A DNA stretch of 64,000 nt from Candidatus Bathyarchaeota archaeon (GCA_963697165.1 CAVOMX010000009.1:32001-96000); one strand, 5' to 3'. Counted from the stretch's first letter, positions 9,170 through 23,583 are shown. Made by a program: numbers and translations. The notes: generated by a model not told the origin, from the sequence alone.

Positions 9170-10301
9170 GTGTCTTGGCTGTTCTTTCATTTGCTCTTAA
9201 CCACCAACTGCGACTTACAATGCAGATACTGCTACAAAAAATCATGTGAAGACATGGACGCCGACTTTGGGGACTTCACTATAGATTATGAAGTCCCAGA
9301 CGAAATCAATTATGACAACAAATTTTTAGAAAAGTTTATGGAAAAAGATCCTGAACCTGTCCTGATCTTTTATGGCGGCGAACCAATGCTCTGCAACGAC
9401 AAAATAAAACAGATCATGGACAATGTAAATGCTAAACAATTTAACATCCAAACCAACGGCTTACACCTAAAAAAGCTTCGAGAAGAAATACGTGAACAGG
9501 CTAACCACAATCTTTGTCTCCATAGATGGCACAGAAAAACTGACAGACTATTACAGAGGAAAAGGCGTCTACAAAAAAGTAATAGAGAACATTAAGACAG
9601 TCAGAAACAACGGATTTGAGGGTGAGATAATAGCCAGAATGACTCTCATGGAAGAAACAGACATCTACGAAAACATCAAATGGCTCCTAAACAACCCCGA
9701 CCACTCATTCAATTCAATTCATTGGCAACTTGACGCTGGATTCTGGAAAAACGACTTCCAAAAAAGACCAATCACAAAATGGATTGAAAACAACTACAAT
9801 CCAAAGATAAGAAAGCTTGTAGAGTTTTGGGTCGACTACATGGAAAAGGAAGGCAAAGTTTTGAGGCTTTATCCCCTTCTGGGCGTAATGCAATCGCTTC
9901 TTACCGAAGAAAAAAACCACCTAAGATGCGGTTCAGGATGGAGTAACTACAGCATACAAACTGATGGACATATAATACCGTGTCCCGCAATGAGCGGAAT
10001 GAAAGACTACTATCTAGGGCACATCAAAGACTCACATCCACTGACACCTAAAACAAGTCTATGTTGGACAGCCCTGCACCGACTGCGAAATCTTGCAAGA
10101 ATGTGGAGGAAGATGCCTGTACGCAAACATAACAAAACGATGGAGCAACGAAGCATACGATTTAGTGTGCAAAACAGTCAAGAACCTTGTTGAATCATTA
10201 AAGGAGTCTTTACCCCAAGTCAAAGATTAATTGATAAAGAAAGGATTAGTCTCTCAGATTTTGACCACCTAAAATACAACAGCTGCGAAATAATCCCCTA
10301 A
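9170..10301 (+). CDS. Radical SAM/SPASM protein, AF0577-like (frameshifted)
   Basis: CDLQCRYC, FYGGEP, QTNG, SPASM CGSG..PCP and CGGRC, ends SCEIIP; split over several frames. Confidence 0.8.
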
Positions 10302-10376
10302 AATCACAGGCATTCAGATAATGAAAAACTTTAACCGTCAAAACCCTTAAATCTAAAACACAGAGGCAAATAAAAA

Positions 10377-11323
10377 ATGAGTACAACAACCAATTGCATA
10401 TTCACGTTCCCCAGCGCCTTTCGTGTTCTTCATAATAATCTCTCTAGTATTTCTGGTCTTAGCCATTCTAAATTACCCCGATCCAATCGCAATATTATAT
10501 GGTCTCTTAGCCGCAATCTCCCTGTTCCCTATACCCGCAACATTGGCAATAAACAAAGAATGGGAAGAAGCAATAATACTGCGATTCGGCAAGTTCCAGC
10601 GGCTAGTTGGTCCAGGATTCTTCTTCAAATGGCCATACGCAGAAACCTTTCTGAAACAAGACAAAAGAATAATCAACTTGGACATTTCACGACAAGAAGT
10701 CATGACCAAAGACAACATCAGCGTAACAGTCGACGCCGTAGTCTTCGTTAAAATCGTTAACACAAAAAACAGCCTAGTTAACATCCGAGACGTCTGGGAC
10801 AGCGTAATGAAGATATGCACAAACAACAATGCGAGACGTAGTAGGAGACGTAGAACTAGACGAACTACTGGCACGCAGAGACGAAATCGCAGACAAAATT
10901 GCCAACATAGTAGACCGAGAAACAGCAGATTGGGGCGTAGACATCATCTCAGTGAAACTGCAAACCGTAGAATTACCAGAAGACATGAAACGGGTAATCG
11001 CCAGACAAGCTGAAGCAGAACGAGAGAAACGAGCAGTAATAATCAAGAGTGAAGGAGAGTTAACGGCAGCCGAAAACTTGGAGAGAGCAGTGAACAAGAT
11101 GAGCAACAGGGCAATGTATCTGCGAACGTTGTCAAGTTTAGAGGACATCAGCTTTGACCAGAGCAATACAATCGTTTTTGCTGTGCCCATGGACATTGTC
11201 AAAGGAGAAGTCATAGGACTAACCGCTTTTGCTGAAGCAAACAAGACAGTCAAGACTACACAAAAAGCAAAAACAAAGAAAAATAAAAAGAAAAAAGGGA
11301 ATGTTGAGGTCAACGAACTTTGA
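10377..11323 (+). CDS. Stomatin/SPFH (band 7) membrane protein (frameshifted)
   Basis: LRFGK..GPG, QEVMTKDNISVTVDAVV, RQAEAEREKRA motifs across frames. Confidence 0.85.
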
Positions 11324-11324
11324 C

Positions 11325-11681
11325 CTAAATAAGCGCTAGACCGATACCGATTCCAATGAGCCCAAGTATGAAAGCAATTACCACAAGAATAATTACCGCT
11401 AACACAGCGATAACAAAAGCCTTTATCCAATCAGTATCGAAGAAGTGCTTCACTAGACCAATCCAAAGTACAAACTGAATAATCAACGCAACAATACCAA
11501 TGATTTCAAAGTAGCTAAAGATTCCACCAATCAGGGTTCCAAGAATAACTATCCAAATTGCATCAACAAACTTTGCCTTCTCTTTTCCTACAAGTGCTCT
11601 TCCTGCAAGCCAAAAAGCGGGCGCCAAAACAATAATCTTTACAACAAGCTCAATAAGCAACGCATCAAGATTAACCGCCAC
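11325..11681 (-). CDS. Small four-TM membrane protein
   Basis: Hydrophobic ORF with GGAGG RBS. Confidence 0.7.
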   Translation of the reverse strand: MAVNLDALLIELVVKIIVLAPAFWLAGRALVGKEKAKFVDAIWIVILGTLIGGIFSYFEIIGIVALIIQFVLWIGLVKHFFDTDWIKAFVIAVLAVIILVVIAFILGLIGIGIGLALI

Positions 11682-11794
11682 ACATATCCCTCCTTCAAAT
11701 TAAACCATAAACAACAGGTTTAACACAATTTCTTATTATCTTTTGCTCATACAGAATAACGTCTAACACAAAAATTAGCTCAAAACTATCTTTT

Positions 11795-11856
11795 TCGCAA
11801 CAATAACCGAACATAGGCCAAATTATACGCGTTTTTCCGAAATTGCTCAGACATTG
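11795..11856 (-). other. 3' arm of 23S processing stem with bulge-helix-bulge
   Basis: Inverted repeat of 14950-15018; RNA CAAUGUCUG-AGCA-AUU-UCGGAA. Confidence 0.9.
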
Positions 11857-11868
11857 AAAAACTTTTTC

Positions 11869-14934
<3,066 letters not shown>

Positions 14935-14949
14935 TACTCGGTTACACTC

Positions 14950-15018
14950 CAATGTCTGTTTAGCATCGGAAAACACACGTATTTACCTATTTGGCCTATG
15001 TTCGGTTATCATTGCGAG
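14950..15018 (-). other. 5' arm of 23S processing stem with bulge-helix-bulge
   Basis: RNA UUCCGA-UGCU-AAA-CAGACAUUG pairs with the 3' arm as 3-nt bulge/4-bp helix/3-nt bulge. Confidence 0.9.
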
Positions 15019-15129
15019 CAGATAAAAGCTCACTCCACCCTTTGCTCCTAACCATGGTCAGGAGCTGCACGTTATTTTGTGGAGATCTATTCGATCATTT
15101 TTTGATCGCCAACTACCTAGAACCACAGT

Positions 15130-15195
15130 CGGAAAATATAAGCATTGCTGTAATGGGGTGTTTGGTTTAAAAAGAATCAAAATTTTTATCTCCAT
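15130..15195. promoter_or_regulatory. Divergent promoter region for 23S rRNA and RNase P RNA
   Basis: TTATAT on minus strand near 15136-15141; TTTTTAT near 15183-15189, about 30 bp before the rnpB start. Confidence 0.5.
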
Positions 15196-15217
15196 GACCA
15201 TGTAATATTGTTTTTAA

Positions 15218-15528
15218 GGGTTGGTGAGCTGGCGGACGGCTTCGGGTGTCATTGACATCTGAGGAAACTCCGCCCACCACGCTGAACTGTAGCGCTTGTA
15301 AGGGCGCGGGGTGAGAGCCTTGGTTCCTGAGCAGAAACGGAACGTCCAATCGTGGGATGAGGATGATGCGTGTTAAGTCGCTGAGGATGCGGTTGGATGC
15401 GGTGAAACGGCTGTCCTGCAGGGTGAAAGGGCGAATAGGCGTCTGTGATTTCTGCGGGAGACGCGGGTAGCCCGTTTAGCTGAATGCCGTCATGAACAAA
15501 AGGCGGGTTACGTCCAGCACACCAACCC
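15218..15528 (+). ncRNA. rnpB: RNase P RNA
   Basis: P1 GGGTTGGTG/CACCAACCC; CR-I GAGGAAACTCCGCCC; CR-V AACAAAAGGCGGGTTA. Confidence 0.95.
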
Positions 15529-15759
15529 AGAGGAATTGTAAAAGCTATTTGTCCAAAAGAAGGAACTCCAACAAGCAATTATCAACTAATGGATTTAGCT
15601 GAGAGTTTTTCATTCAGCTTTCAAGGATTCTCCTGTTTAATCATGATTTTCCGATTCAACGTCGACCATATGAACTTATAAGCAACTTCGTGGTTGGCAA
15701 TTTCTGAATTAGTGTTTTGGAGAAACTAGTTCTTTCAGAGAATTGGAGGTGCGAAATGA

Positions 15760-15912
15760 ATGTCTTATGGTGGACCAAGAGAGATGCACGATGCAGTCTG
15801 TGCTGAATGCGGACAAAAATGTCAAGTTCCGTTCAAACCAGATTCAAGCAGACCCATCTATTGCCGCGAATGTTACGCTAAACGAAGACCCCCGAGAAGA
15901 GATAGATATTAA
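15760..15912 (+). CDS. CxxC-x17-CxxC domain small protein (50 aa)
   Basis: MSYGGPREMHDAVCAECGQKCQVPFKPDSSRPIYCRECYAKRR; GGAGGTG RBS. Confidence 0.9.
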   Translation: MSYGGPREMHDAVCAECGQKCQVPFKPDSSRPIYCRECYAKRRPPRRDRY

Positions 15913-16220
15913 GCTACAAGCTAGCATCTATTCTCAACATGTGATCTTTTTTTATCACAATATTTTTTTTGTATTTTTATGTTACACAGTCATACGGATG
16001 TAAAAATAGAGTACCGACTAAACAACCAGTAATAAGAAACAGTCTTTTTCATTGTGGACTAGCTTCTAAAATTTCTGTATACATAGTATGCACACTAGAA
16101 TTCTACCAAGTTCAAAGGTCTTACAAACAGAATCAAATAATATACTAGTATCAAATGGAGTAAAGAAAGAGGTCAAAGACTAAAACCAAGAAGATTCAAA
16201 AAGAGTCTAATGGTAACTTA

Positions 16221-16238
16221 ATGAACAAAAGGCGGGTT
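16221..16238 (+). repeat. Direct copy 1 of rnpB 3' end (att-like)
   Basis: ATGAACAAAAGGCGGGTT identical to 15492-15509. Confidence 0.75.
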
Positions 16239-16480
16239 GAATTCTCTAGACCGGACAGAAAGGTCAAGAGTGGCTTTCGTGAACTTGGATTAAAGACCTT
16301 CTTCTTGAGTATTGTTGCAACAAAAGTGACCATCAAGAGTAGTTGTAGAATAAAAGACAATAGAATGAAGTAACAACAAAATAACCAGATATGAAAATAT
16401 TTCCAAAAATTATTTCATGTCCACTCAGTCAATTATATACTTAAAATATAAATATCAATAGCATAGCAGAATTATTTTCT

Positions 16481-17503
16481 GTGCCAAATAAAATCAGTAT
16501 AGTAAGGAATTTTTTGCATTCGCGGGTTCATACTCTCTTGGATGACAGGCCTGTTCATCCGCTGTTTCTTCACTTTGAGTGTACCGATAGGTGTAACATG
16601 AAATGTTCATTTTGTAATGTCTGGAGAAAAGACAGATCGAAGGATGAAGCAACTACCCGAGAGTTTAAGAACCGATTACTTGAATGCTGGGATTTGGGGT
16701 GTTTGTTTTTAGGTATTACAGGCGGAGAACCTCTGGTAAGAGAAGACATAGGGGAATTACTGAAGTTCTCCAGTAGAATTGGCTTAATTACTGGATTGGT
16801 CACAAACGGTATCTTATTGGACAAAAAAATTGATGAAATTTCAAAATACTGTGAGTTTTTTGCGGTGTCATTTGATGTAAATGATAAGCAAACATTCAAC
16901 AGGACTAGAGGCGTTGACGCCTTTGAAAAAGTCAAAAAGAACATACAACGCGCTACACGAATGGGTATCGAAATTAATCTGCTCTCGGTAATAACAAACG
17001 AAACATTTGAATTCATAGACAACACAATCGAGTTCGCAAAATCACTTGAACAACCCATCCATTTCTCCTCTGTTGACAACGTACCAAGAGAATTTGTCGA
17101 GGCATCAGAATCTGAAAATTTGAAGATTAATGAAAGAAACAAAATTTTAGAAAAACTAACTGAAGAAAAAAAGAAATACAAAAAAATCCACTTTGAAAGA
17201 GACTATTTCAATTTCCAATCTATGGGTGGATTTAACAGATTTATTAAATGTTCTTCTGCATCAACCTCAATTTCCCTAAAACCTGACGCGTCTGTTACTT
17301 TACCCTGTCCATTTTTCACCCTAATGTCAATCAAAAAAGAGGAGTCGCTAAAAGAAGGCATGAACTCAAAAAAAGCAAGAAAAATCATCAAAGAATGTGG
17401 CAACTTTGACTTCTGTAAGTATTGTTCAATCAACTGCATGTATGTCGTATCGCTAATCAACCATCCTAGTTTACTGGCCAGGTGGATAAGAGACAAAATC
17501 TAA
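16481..17503 (+). CDS. Radical SAM protein with C-terminal Cys cluster
   Basis: CTDRCNMKCSFC, TGGEP, VTNG; C-terminal PC and CKYCSINC. Confidence 0.9.
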   Translation: MPNKISIVRNFLHSRVHTLLDDRPVHPLFLHFECTDRCNMKCSFCNVWRKDRSKDEATTREFKNRLLECWDLGCLFLGITGGEPLVREDIGELLKFSSRIGLITGLVTNGILLDKKIDEISKYCEFFAVSFDVNDKQTFNRTRGVDAFEKVKKNIQRATRMGIEINLLSVITNETFEFIDNTIEFAKSLEQPIHFSSVDNVPREFVEASESENLKINERNKILEKLTEEKKKYKKIHFERDYFNFQSMGGFNRFIKCSSASTSISLKPDASVTLPCPFFTLMSIKKEESLKEGMNSKKARKIIKECGNFDFCKYCSINCMYVVSLINHPSLLARWIRDKI

Positions 17504-17545
17504 ACGTTCATGACTTGGCCCTGAAGGTACGCTTAACGAAAAATT

Positions 17546-19099
17546 TTACAACACTTGTTTTAAGACGTTGATCATTGTGCTATGAGTTGTTATGATTCTG
17601 GTTCTTACATTTTTTAATAAGTTAATGTCCTCTTGAGTAATATATCCCGTGTAACGAAGCAACAAAACATAGATAGCAACACCTATAGCTGTTCCAAAAA
17701 TTAGTAGAAAAATATTGGATTTAGGTATCAGGAAGAGAAAACCCGAAAAAATGGCGACCGAGAATAGGACTTTATGCAATCCCGAAAACACATCGACCAT
17801 TAATTGTTTTCTTAAGAAAATGGGGATAAGAACAAGAGACGTTATGCCTGTAAGCGTAAGAGAAATCGCAGCCCCATTTAAACCCAAAATTGGAACAAAA
17901 ACGAAGAGACATACGAGATATTGTATAGCACCGATAGCCATTAGCATACCAGATAACTTGGGTTTTCCAATACCTATTAGTATAGAAGTAAGATTGTATC
18001 CGAACATTAGAAGAAATGTTCCGATGATGAGAATTTGAAGAGGAAATATTGCTCCCTGGAATTCACGCCCGTAAATCCCAACAACAATCGGTTCTGCTAA
18101 AGTAAAAATTATTGCCGTCAAAGGTATTCCTAGGATTAGAGGATATTTAACAGAAATTTTCGTATATTTTTCTATCAGCGCATCGTCTTTTGTTGCCCAT
18201 GCTTCTGATATTGATGAAATAATCGGAATAGAGAAAGCAGTCATAGAAAAAAGTACGCTAGAGATTGCATCTGCTACACTATAGATTCCTACATTTGTTA
18301 AATCGAAGAACAGATTAAGTATTGGTATGTCCAAGTTCTTCATTACGATAAACGATATTTTGCCGATTGAAACAGAAAAACCAAAAATAAATATGTGTTT
18401 GAAATTCTTTAAATCCTCCACTAATGCATTTTTTAGGTTTTTAGTTTTGAAAAACTCTATGTTAAACAAAGCTAAATCTTTCAGGTATGTTCTTGTAAAG
18501 TACATGCAAAGCAGCAATTGAGATATGGGCGCAAAAACTATCAAAACGGGTAAAAGCTCAAACGGAAGATTCAGCAGTATAATAGCCATGCCCAATATTG
18601 ATACAACGTAAAAACCGATGGAATTTACTATTGAGAGCTGCTTACTCTTATGCAACGATCCAAGTACCGATGCAAGGGCATCTTTTGTGCCTGAAAACAA
18701 AAACGCGAAAGCAAGTGAAATACCTATTGTTTTTAGTATTGGATCTGACACCTGAAAAGACAGCAGCACTAGGATAAAGAATGCTACAAAGCTTATTGCA
18801 GTGAGATACCTTACATATTTTGAAAAGAATTTAGGAAGATTTGAATCTTCTTTTGTTAAATACCCGCAACCAAAATGAATCACTCCCTCAAATATTCCCC
18901 CAAAAATAAGTGCCCACATGAAATCAAACACTGATTGAGCGCTACTGAATAAACCGTAACCCGCGGGTCCGTATGCCCTGCTAATTTGAATTCCTAATAG
19001 AAGCCAGAAAGCACCACTTAAGATCATGAGGGCTAAAAACCAAGCGCCACCTGAAATTAATCTTCTTGGTCCTTTAATGCCAAGCCCTTCGTCCATCAT
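17546..19099 (-). CDS. MOP-family oligosaccharide flippase (Wzx-like)
   Basis: Many TM segments; GPAGYGLFS and VGIYSVA motifs. Confidence 0.85.
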   Translation of the reverse strand: MMDEGLGIKGPRRLISGGAWFLALMILSGAFWLLLGIQISRAYGPAGYGLFSSAQSVFDFMWALIFGGIFEGVIHFGCGYLTKEDSNLPKFFSKYVRYLTAISFVAFFILVLLSFQVSDPILKTIGISLAFAFLFSGTKDALASVLGSLHKSKQLSIVNSIGFYVVSILGMAIILLNLPFELLPVLIVFAPISQLLLCMYFTRTYLKDLALFNIEFFKTKNLKNALVEDLKNFKHIFIFGFSVSIGKISFIVMKNLDIPILNLFFDLTNVGIYSVADAISSVLFSMTAFSIPIISSISEAWATKDDALIEKYTKISVKYPLILGIPLTAIIFTLAEPIVVGIYGREFQGAIFPLQILIIGTFLLMFGYNLTSILIGIGKPKLSGMLMAIGAIQYLVCLFVFVPILGLNGAAISLTLTGITSLVLIPIFLRKQLMVDVFSGLHKVLFSVAIFSGFLFLIPKSNIFLLIFGTAIGVAIYVLLLRYTGYITQEDINLLKNVRTRIITTHSTMINVLKQVL

Positions 19100-19440
19100 T
19101 CAACATCCTTAAACTGTTTAGATATACTATGCTGGTCCAACGAATCTCCTATTTCCTGTTCTTTACTCTGATATAAAAGTTCAAGGCAAAACAATTGTGG
19201 TAACTGCAAGATCTTTTTGTGTTCGAGTTATATATTTTAATCCCAAATGTTCACGGTGGTTTGTTGGTTTTTTATTTGTTTTTCGTGGAAAACCCGGATA
19301 CCATTTATTCAGTAGAAGCTTTTTGGTTCTAGCTCTGATTGCTTTTCTAACCTCATTAAAATTTCTCTGCTCGTCTCAGATAATACAAAATAAAAGTTAT
19401 TAATTAATCAATATACAAAGGTTCGTTTTTAACTAAATAT

Positions 19441-19469
19441 AAGGTGGGTTACGATCAGAACACCAATCC
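19441..19469 (+). repeat. Degenerate direct copy 2 of rnpB 3' end
   Basis: 24/29 identical to 15500-15528. Confidence 0.7.
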
Positions 19470-19520
19470 ACTATAAATTATTAGTGTTTATGTGAGAAAA
19501 AAGTGATCAACGGTTTATTG

Positions 19521-19697
19521 TTAAGCTCTTATTAGGTAGATTGGTTCTTCTAATCCGCATTCTTTGCTTGAGGATTTCAGAAGTTTGTGATATTCTATTG
19601 CAACTTTAACTCTATCATTTCCTTTCAAGCTAAGAAGCTCCTTTTCCATCAATTCTATCCGTGATTTCAGGTCCTGTCTTCGTTTCTCGTTGGACAA
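19521..19697 (-). CDS. Small hypothetical protein (58 aa)
   Basis: TTG start behind GAGGGG; MSNEKRRQDLKSRIELMEKELL... Confidence 0.5.
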   Translation of the reverse strand: MSNEKRRQDLKSRIELMEKELLSLKGNDRVKVAIEYHKLLKSSSKECGLEEPIYLIRA

Positions 19698-19880
19698 TTC
19701 ATTTCCCCTCAGAAAATAATATCAAATATTAAGATACAATATATATTTGAAATCTAATAAACTTACCGCATTCCAATCCACGACCTCAACTGTACGACAA
19801 TCAATAATTGGAAAGAATACATACTTAGCCATTAGAAAGGTCATTTGATCATTTTCCTCAAAGTTTAGCTTATATATTAA

Positions 19881-20237
19881 ATGTATAGAACAGATAGAAT
19901 GGGCGTCAAAGAGAGGGTTCTTATGGATCAAGAAGAAGCGCTTCAGAGGTTGCAGAAGACCAGAAAAGATAATGAGGATGCATATTTGAAGGCTAAAGCT
20001 TTCTTGGATGGTTTTCGAGCAAGAGGGCAACTGAGCCAGAAGGACTCTGAGTTCCTGTTTCTGATGGAGTTTGTGATTAAGGGCTTCAAAAACCATGGAA
20101 ACGACATCATCACAGCATTCGAAAACCAAGTAAGATATACAGAAGCAGTCAACACATTACACCTCAAAGTTAATGATTTAGAACATGAAATACGCCAACT
20201 AAGAATGACCCTAGACAAAATGTACCAAGACAAATAA
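19881..20237 (+). CDS. Coiled-coil hypothetical protein
   Basis: Intact ORF with heptad C-terminus; true start may be 19899. Confidence 0.65.
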   Translation: MYRTDRMGVKERVLMDQEEALQRLQKTRKDNEDAYLKAKAFLDGFRARGQLSQKDSEFLFLMEFVIKGFKNHGNDIITAFENQVRYTEAVNTLHLKVNDLEHEIRQLRMTLDKMYQDK

Positions 20238-20334
20238 GCTCAGTTAAAACATCAACTCAGAAACAGCAGTTTTTTCAGGTTCGAGAACAGTTTTATCCTC
20301 TAATCGACGTCAGATTGTCTGTTGGTGGATTCGG

Positions 20335-21484
20335 ATGGATTTCGAACTAACCGAGAAGCATCGGAAACTAAAAGATTCTGTAAGAACATTCTGCGAAAAA
20401 GAGTTTGATTCAGACTATGCTTTGGAGCTGGACAGAAAAGAGGAGTTTCCAATAGAACTTTACAGGAAGGCTGCAAAACAGCGATTCTCTAGCTTATTCA
20501 TTCCAGAAAAGTATGGGGCGGAGGGAACAGGGGTATCTTGCGGTTTGTTTAGCCATGGAGGAAATGTGCAGGGCAGACTCGTCCTTTGGGTTGGCATGCA
20601 TGATTGGAACCTTCGGAAGTGACCTGCTTATTCTCAAAGGAACAGATGAACAGAAAAAATGTTACTTACCGCCACTTTGTCGTGGAGACAGCGTATCCTC
20701 CGCAGCATTTACGGAGCCAACTCGCGGAACAGACATATCAACAGTTGATACCAAGGCAGTTAAGCATGGAAACGAGTGGCAGATAAATGGAACAAAAACG
20801 CTCATAACAAACGCGCCCATAGCCGACTTCTTCATAGTTTTGTGTCAAACAGGAAGCAATGAGGCTCCACGCAGGAGCCAGTCATTATTCATTGTAGATA
20901 AAGAGGCAAAGGGATTAGCGGTTACGAAATTGTCGAATAAGATGGGAATAAGGTGTGTAACAACTGGGAAAGTTTCATTTAAAGACGTGAGAGTAAACGA
21001 AAACAGTCTCCTAGGCGAACAAGATAACGGTTTTAGCCACTCAATGGACTTCTTCACAATAAGCAGAACAGCCATCGCGGCTCAGGCTGTAGGAACGGCA
21101 CAGGGAGCACTTGAAATTGCCCTAAAGCATGCACAAAAAAGAGAATCTGCCGGTCAGCCCATAATACGGTTTCAACAGATAGGAGCCAAACTAGCCCAAG
21201 TGGCATCCGAAATCGAAGCGGCAAGACTGTTGACCTACAAGGCAGCATGGACCATCGACCAAAACAAAGTGGATTCTATGTTGACGTCTATGGCTAAGCT
21301 GGTTGCAAGCAACGTTGCGGTGAGGGCAACGGACGCTGCGATTCAGACTTTGGGTGGTTACGGGTATCTGGGCGATTACAAGGTTGAAAGAGCCTACAGG
21401 GACGCGAAAGTAACCGAAATTTATGAAGGAACATCCGAAATTCAGAGATTAGCCATCCTAAAGCAGCTAATCAAGACAGGTTGA
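20335..21484 (+). CDS. Acyl-CoA dehydrogenase (frameshift near 20515)
   Basis: AFTEP, NGTKTLITN, KMGIR, LGGYGY, EIYEGTSEIQR. Confidence 0.93.
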
Positions 21485-21516
21485 AATCTTAAATTCCTCA
21501 AACAACATCACCCTTC

Positions 21517-22308
21517 TTGGATCTCCTACCCATGTCCAAAGCTTACGGGACAATAAAGCTCAAGAAAAAACAGCATATAGCCTGGATAATCTTGGATAGA
21601 CCAGACAAGCTTAACGCCATAAACGCAGTCATGCTAGAGGAGCTGTCAGAGGCGATAGACAACATTGAGGAAGACGCGAACGTTAGATGTGTCGTAATCG
21701 AGGGAGAGGGAGAAAAGGCATTTAGCGCCGGAGCCGACCTCGCTGAACTTAAAAAACTCACGTCAGAGACTGCTACAGAATTCTCGGTTAAGGGACAACA
21801 GGTTTTCTGTAAGCTGGAAGGTCTATCTAAGCCTGTCATAGCAGCGATTCGCGGGTATGCTCTGGGTGGCGGACTTGAGCTAGCATTAGCTTGTGACTTC
21901 AGAATAGCATCAGACCGTGCAGAGTTGGGGTGTCCTGAAATAAAATTGGGGTTGATTCCGGCATGGGGAGGAACCGAGAGGCTACCGTTGGCTGTTGGGT
22001 TGTCTAATGCTAAACGGCTAATAATGCTTGGTGATAAAGTACAAGCCGATGAAGCGTACAAGATGGGTTTGGTGGATAAGGTCGTTCCCTCAAAGGAGTT
22101 GGAGGCTGAGGTGGAGGTGTTAGCTCAAAGACTATGTGAATGTGCTCGGGGAGCACTGAAATATACAAAGTGTGCCGTAAATTCTGGAACCCAACGTTCA
22201 CTTGATTCTGGATTAAAGAATGAAATCGAGTTTTTTGCTCTGCTGTTTTCTGTGAAAGAGACCAGAAAGAAGATAGAAGATTTTGGATCTCAGAGAAACA
22301 AAAAATAG
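21517..22308 (+). CDS. Enoyl-CoA hydratase/isomerase (crotonase)
   Basis: AFSAGADL, GYALGGGLELALACD, PEIKLGLIPAWGG. Confidence 0.93.
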   Translation: MDLLPMSKAYGTIKLKKKQHIAWIILDRPDKLNAINAVMLEELSEAIDNIEEDANVRCVVIEGEGEKAFSAGADLAELKKLTSETATEFSVKGQQVFCKLEGLSKPVIAAIRGYALGGGLELALACDFRIASDRAELGCPEIKLGLIPAWGGTERLPLAVGLSNAKRLIMLGDKVQADEAYKMGLVDKVVPSKELEAEVEVLAQRLCECARGALKYTKCAVNSGTQRSLDSGLKNEIEFFALLFSVKETRKKIEDFGSQRNKK

Positions 22309-22559
22309 GGAGCCTGCTAAGTCAGATTGACAAAGATTTGCGAAATTCTTTAGCTCATTGTCTGTTTATTTTAGAGGGTATCACATTAATTCACTATGAC
22401 AATTTGACTCTTCAAAACAAACATGAAATAATAGTTGAAGACCTATGGACAAAAGGAAGAAAACACAGTCTAATAGCTCAATGTCTTATTCATGTAATTG
22501 CTGATTGGTTTTCTGAAACTTAATATTATCAAATGAAATATCAACACAACAAGAAGTAG

Positions 22560-22594
22560 CCTCTTCGTGAAATGCTTCCAGAAACTATATTTTC
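22560..22594 (+). repeat. Cassette-boundary repeat copy A
   Basis: CCTCTTCGTGAAATGCTTCCAGAAACTATATTTTC. Confidence 0.85.
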
Positions 22595-22630
22595 TCTTGG
22601 GATAAATCTTAAGAAGGAGAAGGAAAAAAA

Positions 22631-23200
22631 TCAATAACGATAAAATCGGCGTCTTTCTTGTCGGATATATTCCCTAACTAACGGCAAAGATATTTCCTCA
22701 GTATCTCTAGCTTCTTGTTGTATTGAAGAACCTCGATAAATTCTCTGTTGAGATTTAATTTCAATGGCGTGCAATATTTCATGGAACAGAGTCTCAAGAT
22801 ACATTTCTCTGTCTCTTAATTGAGGCATTCTCAACATAATAAAATATTCAGTGTTTTCTAACTTGTCTAAAAACAACTTTTTTCTTTCTGCACCTTGCCA
22901 AAAATTGGCTATATTTATCAAATTATTTGTTGGAATATAATACCCCATAGCATCTTTGTAACTTGATATTTCACTTTCGCTTCCATGAGACTCATGAATT
23001 TCAACCGTTTCAGAAGATTCAAATAATCCTTCCTTAACCATTCTTTTCAATATGATTTTTCCTTTTTGTATAGACGTATAGAGAAGTTTCCATTCTCTTT
23101 CACTTGTTTCTAACACACACAATTCAAGTTCAGAAAATGGGTAATATTGTTTCAAAAAAGTAACATAACCATCAATTTCACCCTTTTCTAAAAACTTCAC
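22631..23200 (-). CDS. Hypothetical protein with HEXXH zincin motif
   Basis: ETLFHEILHAIE..E; GGGTGA RBS. Confidence 0.65.
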   Translation of the reverse strand: MKFLEKGEIDGYVTFLKQYYPFSELELCVLETSEREWKLLYTSIQKGKIILKRMVKEGLFESSETVEIHESHGSESEISSYKDAMGYYIPTNNLINIANFWQGAERKKLFLDKLENTEYFIMLRMPQLRDREMYLETLFHEILHAIEIKSQQRIYRGSSIQQEARDTEEISLPLVREYIRQERRRFYRY

Positions 23201-23282
23201 TCTTTCACCCTCTTAATTCGCTAAACTGGTTGATAATAAAAATTTTTGCTAACTGTAAAGAAGAGTCATGTTTGCAAATAAC

Positions 23283-23324
23283 AAGGCGGGTTACGACCCA
23301 GCAAGCCCGCCTCTTCGTGAAAAG
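23283..23324 (+). repeat. Degenerate copy 3 of rnpB 3' end adjoining left half of boundary repeat (copy B)
   Basis: AAGGCGGGTTACG..CCAGCA, then CCTCTTCGTGAAAAG at 23310. Confidence 0.7.
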
Positions 23325-23583
23325 TGAAGGACTGGTTTAGATTTTGTGTAAAGCAAGTGGTTTAAGTGTCGGGATATTGTCGTCCAATAAATTTTTATTC
23401 GGTATTGAATAGAGAAGAGCTTGAAGTGAAGTTGTATGGCTAAATGTGGAGTAGAACATAAAAAATGTTCATCGTCTATCCATGGGCACTGTTCATATGA
23501 GGAGCATGATAGCAATACCAAGCATTACTGTGGTAAGTGTTACACCGAATTCTAATGCACATGCACAGAAAAACCTTCTTTTT

